From an uncultured bacterium (lineage in GTDB: Bacteria; Krumholzibacteriota; Krumholzibacteriia; Krumholzibacteriales; Krumholzibacteriaceae): DNA of 20,337 nt. A model generated the notes under the pieces. It was not told where the DNA came from. It searched no databases and worked only from the letters and a program-made list of their open reading frames with translations. The stretch is taken from the NCBI GenBank assembly GCA_963813815.1, contig CAWFAD010000014.1, positions 1 to 20,337 of the forward strand, in the 5' to 3' direction. Shown one piece after another: positions 1 to 8,568 of this stretch. Numbering within the stretch: the first letter of the stretch is position 1; the number at the start of each line of letters is the position of its first letter. A program made the position numbers and the translations under genes.

Positions 1-652
1 GCGTGGGGCGGATGGAGGGAAGCCGAGATGCGACTCGCCCGCGACGAGTCCTCACGTGCCCCGGAAAGAACCGTCCGGATGCGTAGGTTGCTATCCGCCG
101 GGCCGCGAGGCGATCCCGCGCCGGCGGATGTAGCGGAGGTTACTGCCGCGGTCCGGAATCGATCTTGCCGAAGATCGGTATGAAGGGATCCTCGGCGAGC
201 TTGTCGAAGAAGCGGCGGAAGCTCTTCCAGTCGAGAATCCCCCAGTTGGACCGGTAGTCGATCGCCTCGAGAAACTCCTCCTCCGTCATGCTCCCCTGCA
301 TCCACCCGGTCGAGGTGCTCCTGCTGGTGGACGTAGAGCATCTCGAGGGCGAGCACGACAGGCCTCCACACGGGAGGAGAGATCGCGCATGAAGCGCAGC
401 GCCCAATCCTGGCTCGACTCGAGCGGGTGATAGTCGCCGAAGTAGACGATGTCGGATTTCGCGGCCCTGTCGATCACGGCCTCCGCCGTCACGACGCGCC
501 GAAAATCGCGAAACTCAGCGTTGAACTCCTTGATGTAGAGCGAATTATGGGTCTTGTCGACGCCGAAAATCTCCCCCGCTTGAGGCGCGAAATCGAGGCG
601 CCGCTTGCGTCTCTATCTCGCGCTCGAATAACCCGCCGAAGTCGCTCGCCAC
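1..652 (-). CDS. ChaN/EreA/TraB-superfamily-like protein; partial (3' end off-window), several frameshifts that are probably sequencing indels
   Basis: GTG at 652 follows an AAGGAGG SD. Frames stitch to MASDFGGLFEREIETQ..ISRLKREIFGVDKTHNSLYIKEFNAEFRDFRRVVTAEAVIDRAAKSDIVYFGDYHPLESSQDWALRFMRDL..VLALEMLYVHQQEHLDRWMQGSMTEEEFLEAIDYRSNWG.DWKSFRRFFD...RD..AARRIA...AGESHL. The DIV.FG..H, ALEM, Q..LD.W..G...EEEFL....W and late G..H motifs resemble ChaN-like proteins. Confidence 0.65.
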
Positions 653-739
653 AAGATGCCTCCTTCCCGCGCCCCGCCGAAATTTCCGTCGACAACGGCT
701 CCGTTTCGATGTAGCGTGGCCCGTGCCCGCGGAGGGTTT

Positions 740-3014
740 ATGAGCGCGCTTGGCGAGGAACTTGCCGCGCCATGGAGGCACTGTTCGCCCGGGCGGCCGG
801 GGAAGGCCGGGGGAGCCTCCACGAGCACGAGGTGTACGCCGTCCTGAGCGCGGCGGGATTCCGGGTTCCCGCGGCGCGGTTCTTCGCGGAGCGGCGGGAA
901 TCGACGACGACGCCATCGGCTCGCTCGGCGGCGCCGAGGTCGTCTGCAAGCTCATCTCCCCCGGCATGCCCCACCGGACCGAGCACGGCGGCGTGCGGTT
1001 CGTGCCGCGCTCGCGAAAGGCGCTCGCGCAGGTCTTCGACGATTTCGCGCGCATCGCCGCCTCCGCGGCCGTCGATTTCGCCGGCATGCTCGTCGCCGAG
1101 CTCGTGCAGGGCTCCGACTGCATCCCCCGCCAGCTTCTCCTCTCGCTGCGCCAGGACCCGTCGTTCGGCCCCGTGGTGTTCTGCGGCCTCGGCGGCGTCG
1201 GGACCGAGCTCTACCAGAGGAGCCTCCTGCCGGAAAAAGGGCTTTTCATGCGGGCGGCTTCCCTCGTGCGCGACCGCGCGGCCACGGAGAAGGCCCTCGG
1301 CGGGACCCTCTTCTATCCGATGATCACGGGCGCGACGCGCGGCAGCGCCGGCGCGCTCGTCGAGAAAGAAAAGCTCCTCGCCTCGCTCGAGGCGTTCGCC
1401 GAGATCGCGGAGCGCTTCTCGCATCGTTCGAAAGCGTCGCCCTACACGATCGAGGAGCTCGAGGTGAACCCCGTCCAGATAACCGCCGAGGGGGAGCTCG
1501 TCCCGCTCGACGCGCTCATGCGATTCTCGATGGAGAAGCATCTCGAGACGGGCCCGCCGGGGGAGCTCATCGACAGGCTGCTCCGGCCGAAGAGCGCGCT
1601 CGTCGTCGGCGCATCGGCGAACAAGATGAACACGGGGCGGATCATTCTCCGCAATCTCGTCAAGGGAGGCGGCGTCCCGCGCGACCGCATCTACTGCCTC
1701 CATCCCGACGCGGCCGAAATCGACGGCTGCCGGGCCTTCCCCGGCGTCGAGGCCCTCCCCGAGAAAACCGACATGACCGTTTTCACCGTGCCGGCGGACG
1801 AGAAGGCCGCGGCGCTTCTCGACACTCTCATCGAGGACGATAAAACGTCGTCCATCACCGTCATCTCGGCGGGATTCGGCGAAACGGAGCGCGGGCGCGA
1901 TCTCGAGGCGCGGCTCCGCGACACGATCCTCCGGGCCCGGTCGCGGCCCGGCGGGGGCGCGGCCGTGAACGGTCCGAACTGCATGGGGATCGTTTCGAAA
2001 CCGGGGGGGTACAACACCTTTTTCATCCCCGAGCACAAGCTGCCGTTCCGGGGGGCGTACGGCGACCACTGCGCCGTCATCAGCCAGAGCGGCGCGTACG
2101 TCGTCACGCTCATGAGCAACCTCGGACATCTCTTCAATCCGAGATACCTCATCACCTTCGGAAACCAGATCGACGTCACGGTGACCGATTACCTCCTCGC
2201 GTTCAAGAACGATCCCGGCATCGATCTCTTCGTTCTCTACATCGAGGGATTGCGGCCCTACGACGGCGAGCGTTTCCTCGCGGCGGCCCGCGAGATCGTC
2301 GGGAGCGGCAAGAGCATCATCCTGTACAAGGCGGGGCGAACGGCCGCCGGGGCGACGGCCGTGGCATCCCACACGGCCGCCATGGCGGGGGATTTCGCCG
2401 TGATGAAACGGCTTCTCGAGGAGGCCGGCGTCGTCCTGCTCGACGGCCTCGACGAGGTCGAGGACGCGATCAAGGTGTTCGTGCTGCTCCAGGGAAAGCG
2501 GGCGTCGGGACGCCGCGCGGGCATATTCTCCAACGCCGGGTTCGAATGCTCCGTCGCGGCGGACACGCTCGGCTCGCTCGAGCTCGCGCGGTTCTCGGAA
2601 GCGACGAGCAAGCGCCTGCGCGAGACTCTTCCCCCCGGTATCATCGACGTTCACAATCCGGTCGACGCGACGCCGCTCACGAACGCGGTGAACTACGGAC
2701 GGTGCCTCGAGGCGATTCTGGCCGACGACGGGGTCGACTGTCTCATGGCGGCGAACGTCGCGCCGACGCCCTTCATGGAGAATCTTCCCGCGGGAGAGGG
2801 ACACGCCGAGGACATCCGCCACGAGAACTCCTACCCGAACGTCACGATCCGCGTGTTCGCCGCCTCGACCAAACCGATGGTCGCATGTCTCAACTCCGGC
2901 CCCCTCTACGATCCGGCCGCCCGGATGATCGAGGATGCCGGCGTTCCGTGCTTCAGGAAGATCGACCGCGCGATGAAGGCCCTCGATCTCTTCGTGCGCC
3001 AAACCCGCCGCTAG
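740..3014 (+). CDS. ADP-forming acyl-CoA synthetase (acetate--CoA ligase family), single chain with N-terminal ATP-grasp (beta) and C-terminal CoA-binding/ligase (alpha) domains; two apparent indels near 770 and 895
   Basis: GGAGG SD at 731-735, ATG at 740. Beta part: LHEHEVYAVLSAAGFRVP, VVCKLISPGMPHRTEHGGV, QDPSFGPVVFCGLGG, ELEVNP, PLDA. Alpha part: PKSALVVGAS, ISAGFGE, GPNCMG, SQSGA, GNQIDV, LYIEG, KAGRT..GA.AVASHTAAMAG (phospho-His), NPVD. Confidence 0.9.
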
Positions 3015-3201
3015 CGGCCGGCTCCCTTCCATCGCCCCTCCCCCCTTCTCCGGCTTTTGAACGCGCGGGAACAGCGTTTCCGGCGCCGTGAACGGGACCG
3101 TTCATGTCTCGAGCCGGAGACGGCGACAGTTTGAATCATACAAACCGCATAACCAATTGCAAAGTAGCTATTTGTCGCCAATTCAACCGAGGCGAGGCGA
3201 C

Positions 3202-3218
3202 AGGCACCGCTTCTGCAT
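3202..3218 (+). promoter_or_regulatory. putative sigma-54 (RpoN) -24/-12 promoter
   Basis: aGGCACcgcttcTGCAt: GG (3203-3204) and GC (3215-3216) are exactly 10 nt apart, matching TGGCAC-N5-TTGCW. It lies ~100 nt upstream of the ATG at 3316 and follows an AT-rich tract. Confidence 0.6.
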
Positions 3219-3315
3219 AGGATAGGGGCAGGAGGGGCGATACTCCCAGTATCCATACCGAGCGACGCTCGATGTGAAACAGGCGACGAACCGGTGAACC
3301 ATGGAGGGTGGTGTG

Positions 3316-4428
3316 ATGAAGTACTTGTTTCCCGTTCTGGCCGCGGCGCTCATCGCCGTATTCCCGGGATGTTTTCTGAGCGAGGACTCGCCGATCTCGC
3401 CGGAGCCGGTCCCGGAGGTCCCGGCCACCGTGATCGATCTCGACTCGCCGACCGGCGGGTTCACGACCGCGGATGAGGCGCCCGCCTTCGGCGAGCCCGA
3501 GGCGTACGCGGCGCTTTCCATAGAGGCGCCCGTGCTCGACCCGATCGTGAACACCTACGAGTACCAGACTCAGCTCCGCGCCGACGGCGCCCGGATCTTG
3601 GAGCTCCGCGCCGTCTGGGGCAACCTGTTCGATATCGACGACTCCACGCAAACCGAACCGTGCCCGCTCGACTGGTCCGGAACGCTCCATCTCTCGGGCG
3701 GCCTCGTGTGCATGCTGAAAACGATCGCCTTCGAGCCCGGCGATTCTCTCTACCGCATCGACCAATCGACGATCGGCTTCGTCTCGCGGACGGGTCCGCA
3801 CGTCGACGGCATACACGTGAGGCTCGTGCTGCCGCCGGTTCCTCCGGAGGACAGCGCGAGCTTCGACAAGACGGCGCAGCGGCTCGTGCTCACGACGGGG
3901 CCCTACAGCCGGACCTTCACGATCGACGAGCTCGCCGCGCTGAACCTCATCGAGCCCGTCGACCGATGCGGCAACGGCATATCGATCGCGAGCGTCCCGG
4001 TCCTTCCGCTGTGCCCGCATGGCCAGCTCTTCGGCGGGTGGAAGCTTCTGCCGGCCGACAGCGTCGCGGCGCCGGATTCGAACGGCACCGTGTACGGCAA
4101 CTTCAGGGGTGTCTGGGTCGGCGCGGGCGGCCGGATCGCCGGCCACCTGCGCGGCGTCTTCGGAATGAGGAGCGACGGCGCGCGGGTGTTCTTCGGAAAG
4201 TACATCGACACGACCGGCCGCTTCATGGGGATCCTCCGGGGCGAATACGGCTCGCGCCTCGACGGGGACGCGTGCATCGAGCTCCCGCGCGGTTACTTCG
4301 TCGGCCAGTGGATCGGCGAGGAAATGGAAGCGCAGGGGCGGCTCAAGGGCCTTTGGATGATAGACGAAGACACTGGTAGAGGATGCTTCCACGGCGTGTG
4401 GGGTGTCAACTGCAGCTCGAATCTCTGA
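3316..4428 (+). CDS. hypothetical exported protein, probably a lipoprotein, with a C-terminal Gly/aromatic repeat domain
   Basis: GGAGG SD at 3303-3307, ATG at 3316. The N-terminus MKYLFPVLAAALIAVFPG-C has a basic residue, a hydrophobic core and a non-canonical lipobox Cys. A Pro/acidic tether follows. Codon style matches neighbouring genes and the gene has its own terminator. No family recognised. Confidence 0.75.
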   Translation: MKYLFPVLAAALIAVFPGCFLSEDSPISPEPVPEVPATVIDLDSPTGGFTTADEAPAFGEPEAYAALSIEAPVLDPIVNTYEYQTQLRADGARILELRAVWGNLFDIDDSTQTEPCPLDWSGTLHLSGGLVCMLKTIAFEPGDSLYRIDQSTIGFVSRTGPHVDGIHVRLVLPPVPPEDSASFDKTAQRLVLTTGPYSRTFTIDELAALNLIEPVDRCGNGISIASVPVLPLCPHGQLFGGWKLLPADSVAAPDSNGTVYGNFRGVWVGAGGRIAGHLRGVFGMRSDGARVFFGKYIDTTGRFMGILRGEYGSRLDGDACIELPRGYFVGQWIGEEMEAQGRLKGLWMIDEDTGRGCFHGVWGVNCSSNL

Positions 4429-4454
4429 CCGCGCCGCGCGTTCATCCTCGACAG

Positions 4455-4487
4455 CGGGGCCGCAAGCAGCTGCGGCCCCGTTTTTTT
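4455..4487 (+). terminator. Rho-independent terminator
   Basis: CGGGGCCGCA-agcagc-TGCGGCCCCG (perfect 10-bp stem) followed by T7, 26 nt after the lipoprotein stop, between convergent genes. Confidence 0.9.
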
Positions 4488-5430
4488 ATCTCCCCTGCCG
4501 GCTTCCGCGGGCCGCGACGCCGGTGAGACGCCTCGGCAGCGCCACGTCGAGCTCCGCGGCGAGCACGGCGAGAAACGCCCTCACGGCGGCGCTCAGGTAC
4601 CCGCGCGCGGGAATGACGATCCCGAGCGTGCGCTCGAGGGCGAGATCGGCCACCTTCGGGGCGCGCACGAGCCCCCGCCGCACGTCGTCGCGGGCGACGC
4701 GCTCCGGCAGGATGGCGAGCCCGAGCCCCGCGGCGACGAGATTCCGTATGGCCTCGGGGCTATCGGTCGTGATCGTGACGCGCGGCGTGGCGCCGTGCCT
4801 CGCGAGCCCCTCCTCGATGATGCGCCTCGTCGTCGCGCCCTCGTGGAACGAGATAAAAGCCTCCCCCGAGAGATCCGCCGGCGCGAGCCGGCGCTTGCGC
4901 GCCAGCGGATGCCCCGGCGGGGCGATGAGGACGAGCCGCTCCCGGTACACCGGATGAACCTCGAGATCGCCGCCGCGCTCGACGGGGAGCGTTCCGACGA
5001 CGAGCTCGAGCGAGCCCGCCCGCAGCAGCCGGACGAGCGGCGCCGTAGCGGTCACCTCGAGATGTATCTCGATGCCCGGATACCGCTCCCGAAACCGCGA
5101 GAACACCGGCGGCAGCACGTAGGAGCTCGCCGCGTCGATCGTCCCGATCGCGATGCGGCCCCTCGAAACCTCGTCGAGATCGGAGATCTCGCGCGCGAGC
5201 TCTCCGGCCTCCCGGAGCATGCGCCGGGCGGCCGCGAGCGCCGCCTCCCCCGCCGGCGTGAAACGCATCCGACGGCCGCTCCGGTAGAAAAGCCGGGCGC
5301 CGAGCTCCTCCTCGAGCTTGCGAAGCCGGATGCTCGCCGCTGGCTGGGTGAGATGGTGCGCCTCCGCGGCGGCCGTGAGGCTTCCGAGATCGGCAAGGGA
5401 CACGAGGCATCTCAGCGTGGTTAAATCCAT
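4486..5430 (-). CDS. LysR-family transcriptional regulator (CysL/CbbR/CmpR-like)
   Basis: N-terminal HTH MDLTTLRCLVSLADLGSLTAAAEAHHLTQPAASIRLRKLEEELGARLFYR...TPAG. Substrate-binding domain motifs LPPVFSRFRERYPGIEI, HPLA, EGATTRRIIE, VAAGLGLAILP. Confidence 0.95.
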   Translation of the reverse strand: MDLTTLRCLVSLADLGSLTAAAEAHHLTQPAASIRLRKLEEELGARLFYRSGRRMRFTPAGEAALAAARRMLREAGELAREISDLDEVSRGRIAIGTIDAASSYVLPPVFSRFRERYPGIEIHLEVTATAPLVRLLRAGSLELVVGTLPVERGGDLEVHPVYRERLVLIAPPGHPLARKRRLAPADLSGEAFISFHEGATTRRIIEEGLARHGATPRVTITTDSPEAIRNLVAAGLGLAILPERVARDDVRRGLVRAPKVADLALERTLGIVIPARGYLSAAVRAFLAVLAAELDVALPRRLTGVAARGSRQGR

Positions 5431-5474
5431 AAATATTCCTTATGAGTTACATTAACATTATAAAATTGCTTTAT
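5429..5474. promoter_or_regulatory. two LysR-type T-N11-A boxes (ATAA-N7-TTAT) in the AT-rich divergent promoter region
   Basis: ATAA-atattcc-TTAT at 5429-5443 overlaps the LysR start codon. ATAA-aattgct-TTAT lies at 5460-5474. The two are 31 bp apart (about 3 helical turns). Confidence 0.75.
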
Positions 5475-5548
5475 CACGTTCCGAGGAGGAATATCAAGCC
5501 GTTTTTCGAACGGCGACGCGGCGGCCCGCGTCGCGAAAGGAGCGCGGA

Positions 5549-6874
5549 ATGGAGATCAAGAAGAAACCGGCGAAGCCCTCGGGCAAGCTCGGCATCCTCA
5601 CTCCCGGCATGGGCGCCGTGGCGACGACCTTCATGGCGGGCGTCGAGGCGGTCCGGCGCGGCTACGCGAAGCCCATCGGCTCGCTCACGCAGATGGGGAC
5701 GATCCGGCTCGGCAAGCGGACCGAGAACCGCTCTCCGCTCATCCGGGATTTCGTACCGCTCGCCGGGCTCGACGATCTCGTCTTCGGCGGCTGGGACATC
5801 TTTCCGGACAACGCGTACGAGGCGGCCGTCAAGGCCGGCGTGCTCGAGCGCGCGCACCTCGACCGCGTGCGCCCCGAGCCTCGAGGCGATCAAGCCGATG
5901 CCGGCCGTCTTCGACCAGCACTACGTGAAGACGCCTCTCCGGCACGCACGTCAAGAAGGCGAAGAACTGGCTCGAGCACGCCGAGCAGCTCAAGGAGGAC
6001 ATCCTCGCCTTCAAGAAACGCGAGGGATGCGACCGGCTCGTGATGATCTGGTGCGCGATCGACCGAGATCTTCTGAAGGAGACCGCGGTCGCACGCGACT
6101 CTCGCCTCGTTCGAGAAGGCGATGAAGGAGAACGAGCCCCGAGCATCGCCCCGAGCATGATCTACGCCTACGCGGCGCTCTCAGCTCGGAATTCCCTTCG
6201 CGAACGGCGCGCCGAACCTGACCGTCGACATCCCCGCCCTGCATGGAGCTCGCCCGCGACACGCGGCGTCCCGATCGCCGGCAAGGATTTCAAGACCGGC
6301 CAGACCCTGATGAAGACGATTCTCGCCCCGGGCCTCAAGTCGCGCCTGCTCGGGCTCGAGCGGCTGGTTCTCGACGAACATCCTCGGCAACCGCGACGGC
6401 GAGGTCCTCGACGATCCCGAGTCGTTCAAGACCAAGGAGGAGAGCAAGCTCTCCGTGCTCGAGCACATCCTCCAGCCGCGACCTCTACCCGGACCTCTAC
6501 GGGAAGTTCTACTCACAAGGTGCGCATCAACTACTATCCGCCGCGGGGCGACAACAAGGAAGGCTGGGACAACATCGACATCTTCGGATGGCTCGGCTAT
6601 CCGATGCAGATCAAGATCGACTTCCTCTGCCGCGACACCATCCTCGCCGCGCCCATCGTCCTCGACCTCGCCCTCTTCATGGATCTCGCCCGGAGGACCG
6701 GGATGCGCGGGAATCCAGGAGTGGCTCTCGTTCTACTTCAAGAGCCCGATGCACGCCCCCGGTCTCTACCCGGAGCACGATCTCTTCATCCAGCTCATGA
6801 AGCTCAAGAACACGCTCCGGCACATCCAGGGGGAGGATCTCATCACGCATCTCGGTCAGGAGTACTACGACTGA
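5549..6874 (+). CDS. ino1: myo-inositol-1-phosphate synthase (inositol-3-phosphate synthase), with many apparent sequencing frameshifts between ~5870 and ~6720
   Basis: AAGGAG SD before ATG 5549. Motifs in order across frames: GMGAVATT, GSLTQMGTIRLG, VFGGWDI, VMIWCA-STE, SMIYAYAA, FANGAPN, GKDFKTGQTLMKT, GWFSTNILGNRDG, SFKTKEESK, HKVRINYYPPRGDNKEGWDNIDIFGWLGYPMQIK, LCRD.ILAAPIVLDL, EWLSFYFKSP, EHDLFIQ. Span is about 440 codons. Confidence 0.92.
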
Positions 6875-6886
6875 GGAGATGAATGA

Positions 6887-6914
6887 AACGGGGCGCCCCC
6901 GAGGGCGCCCCGTT
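6887..6914. terminator. hairpin terminator between convergent ino1 and degP, probably bidirectional
   Basis: AACGGGGCGCCC-ccga-GGGCGCCCCGTT is a perfect 12-bp stem with short T-containing tails on both strands. Confidence 0.75.
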
Positions 6915-6958
6915 CTCGCATCCCCCGCCGCCGCTCGTTCTCGCGGCGGGCTCCGGCG

Positions 6959-8461
6959 CTATTCCTTGAGCACGACGTACTCGCGGCCGCCCTCGCGATA
7001 GATCGTGAGCAGCAGCTTGTTCTCCTTGACGCCCTTGATGACCGCGTTGAACTCGCGGAGGTTTCGCGTCCGCGTCTTGTTGATCGCCAGTATCACGTCC
7101 CCCTGGCGGAGCCCCTGATCGGCCGCCGGCGAGTTGGGGTCGACCTCCGTGATGAGGATCCCCTCCACCTCGGCGGGAATCTGAAGCTGACCGCGATAGT
7201 TGCGGTTCAGCTCCTCGAGTCCGAGGCCGTTCAGGAGCGCGAGCTCCGGCTTCACCGGCTCGCTCACGCGCGCGTCGCTCTGCTCCGCTTCGCGCTCGTC
7301 GGGGCGCGCGGCCACGACCGCCGCGACGCTCATCTTCTTTCCGTCGCGAACGAGCTCGATCGACGCCTTTTCGCCCGGCTTGACGGCGGCGACGATTCTC
7401 CGCAGGTCGTTCATGTTTCTCACGGCCTCGCCGTTCACGGAGGTCACCACGTCGTCGACCTTGAGTCCGGCCTTCTCCGCCGGGCTATCCTCGACGATCA
7501 TGGTGAGGATCGCGCCCTCCCCTTTCTTCAACCCGAAGAACTCGGCCTTGTCGGCCGTGAGGTCATCCATGTCGACGCCGAGGTATCCCCGTATGACGCG
7601 CCCGTGCGCGATGATGTCGTTCATGATCTCCTTGGCGACATTGACCGGAATGGCGAAGCCGAGCCCGGCGTAGCTCCCCGTATTGGAGACTATCATCGTG
7701 TTGATGCCGACGAGCTCGCCGCGCGTGTTGATGAGGGCGCCTCCGGAGTTCCCCGGATTGATCGCCGCGTCCGTTTGTATGAAGTCGACGAACACGCCGC
7801 TTCGCTCCGCGTCCTTGAACGTTCTCCCGAGGGCGCTCACGATCCCCTGCGTGACGGTCTGGCCGACGCCGAAGGGATACCCGATCGCGATGACCGTCTC
7901 CCCGAGCCGCAGCGCCGACGCGTCGCCGAAGGGGAGCGTGGGGAGATCCTTCGCCTCTATCTTGAGCAGGGCCACCTCCGTCCGGGCATCCGACCATACG
8001 ACCCGCGCCGTGAACTCCCGGTCGTCCGGCAGGATGGCGAGCACCTCGCTCGCTTCGCCGACGAGATGGTTGTTCGTGAGGATGTACCCGTCCCCGCTCA
8101 CGATGACGCCCGATCCGAGCGAACGCGACACCCGCTCCTGCGGCACGTTGAAGCGCCGCATGAACTCGTCGCCGAAGAACTGGCGGAACATGGGATCGCG
8201 GAACATCGGCGGCATCTGCTGGCTCACCATCTTGACCGTCTTCGTCTGGATGTTGACGACCGCGGGAACGGCCTTCTCGACGACGCTCGGGACATCGGCC
8301 CCGGAGAACGGCTGGGCCGAGGCCTCGGGGAAGAGCGTGTCCCCCGTCCCCGGACGCCCGGCGAGGCCGATGATGCGCTCCGCGCCCATGCCGAGAAGGA
8401 AGACGACGGCGACGCCGACGACGCCGGCGACCGCCTTCGATCGCTTCGTGTTCATGTCCAT
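6959..8461 (-). CDS. HtrA family (DegP/DegQ, Do-type) periplasmic serine protease with two PDZ domains
   Basis: ATG at 8461 follows an AGGAGGAGG SD (the 8761 ORF start is an overextension). N-terminal hydrophobic anchor, PAVVNI, SLGSGVIV, TNNH (His), FIQTDAAINPGNSGGAL (Ser), GFAIP, RGYLGV, and PDZ motifs SPAEKAGLKVDDVV and SPAADQGLRQGDVI. Confidence 0.95.
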   Translation of the reverse strand: MDMNTKRSKAVAGVVGVAVVFLLGMGAERIIGLAGRPGTGDTLFPEASAQPFSGADVPSVVEKAVPAVVNIQTKTVKMVSQQMPPMFRDPMFRQFFGDEFMRRFNVPQERVSRSLGSGVIVSGDGYILTNNHLVGEASEVLAILPDDREFTARVVWSDARTEVALLKIEAKDLPTLPFGDASALRLGETVIAIGYPFGVGQTVTQGIVSALGRTFKDAERSGVFVDFIQTDAAINPGNSGGALINTRGELVGINTMIVSNTGSYAGLGFAIPVNVAKEIMNDIIAHGRVIRGYLGVDMDDLTADKAEFFGLKKGEGAILTMIVEDSPAEKAGLKVDDVVTSVNGEAVRNMNDLRRIVAAVKPGEKASIELVRDGKKMSVAAVVAARPDEREAEQSDARVSEPVKPELALLNGLGLEELNRNYRGQLQIPAEVEGILITEVDPNSPAADQGLRQGDVILAINKTRTRNLREFNAVIKGVKENKLLLTIYREGGREYVVLKE

Positions 8462-8506
8462 GCTGTGACCTCCTCCTGTCGTTGTGTCCGGCACATACTC
8501 AGTATG

Positions 8507-8532
8507 ATACTCCGAAGCGCCCGCGGGGTTCC
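8507..8532 (-). promoter_or_regulatory. possible ECF-sigma promoter for degP
   Basis: GGAAC-N17-GTAT on the minus strand, ~45 nt upstream of the degP ATG. HtrA genes are often ECF/sigma-E controlled. The motif is short, so support is weak. Confidence 0.3.
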
Positions 8533-8568
8533 CGCGCTCCGCCCCCCGGAGCGTTTCCCGCCGTGGGG

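Noticed and set aside
738..3032. 764-aa antisense ORF, and similar long ones (10259-13126, 8847-11117, 3136-4392, 13371-14753, 17203-18579, 17024-18358)
   Set aside because: Shadow ORFs opposite or out of frame with well-supported genes. They are Arg/Gly/Ala-rich, lack motifs, and are expected at this GC content.
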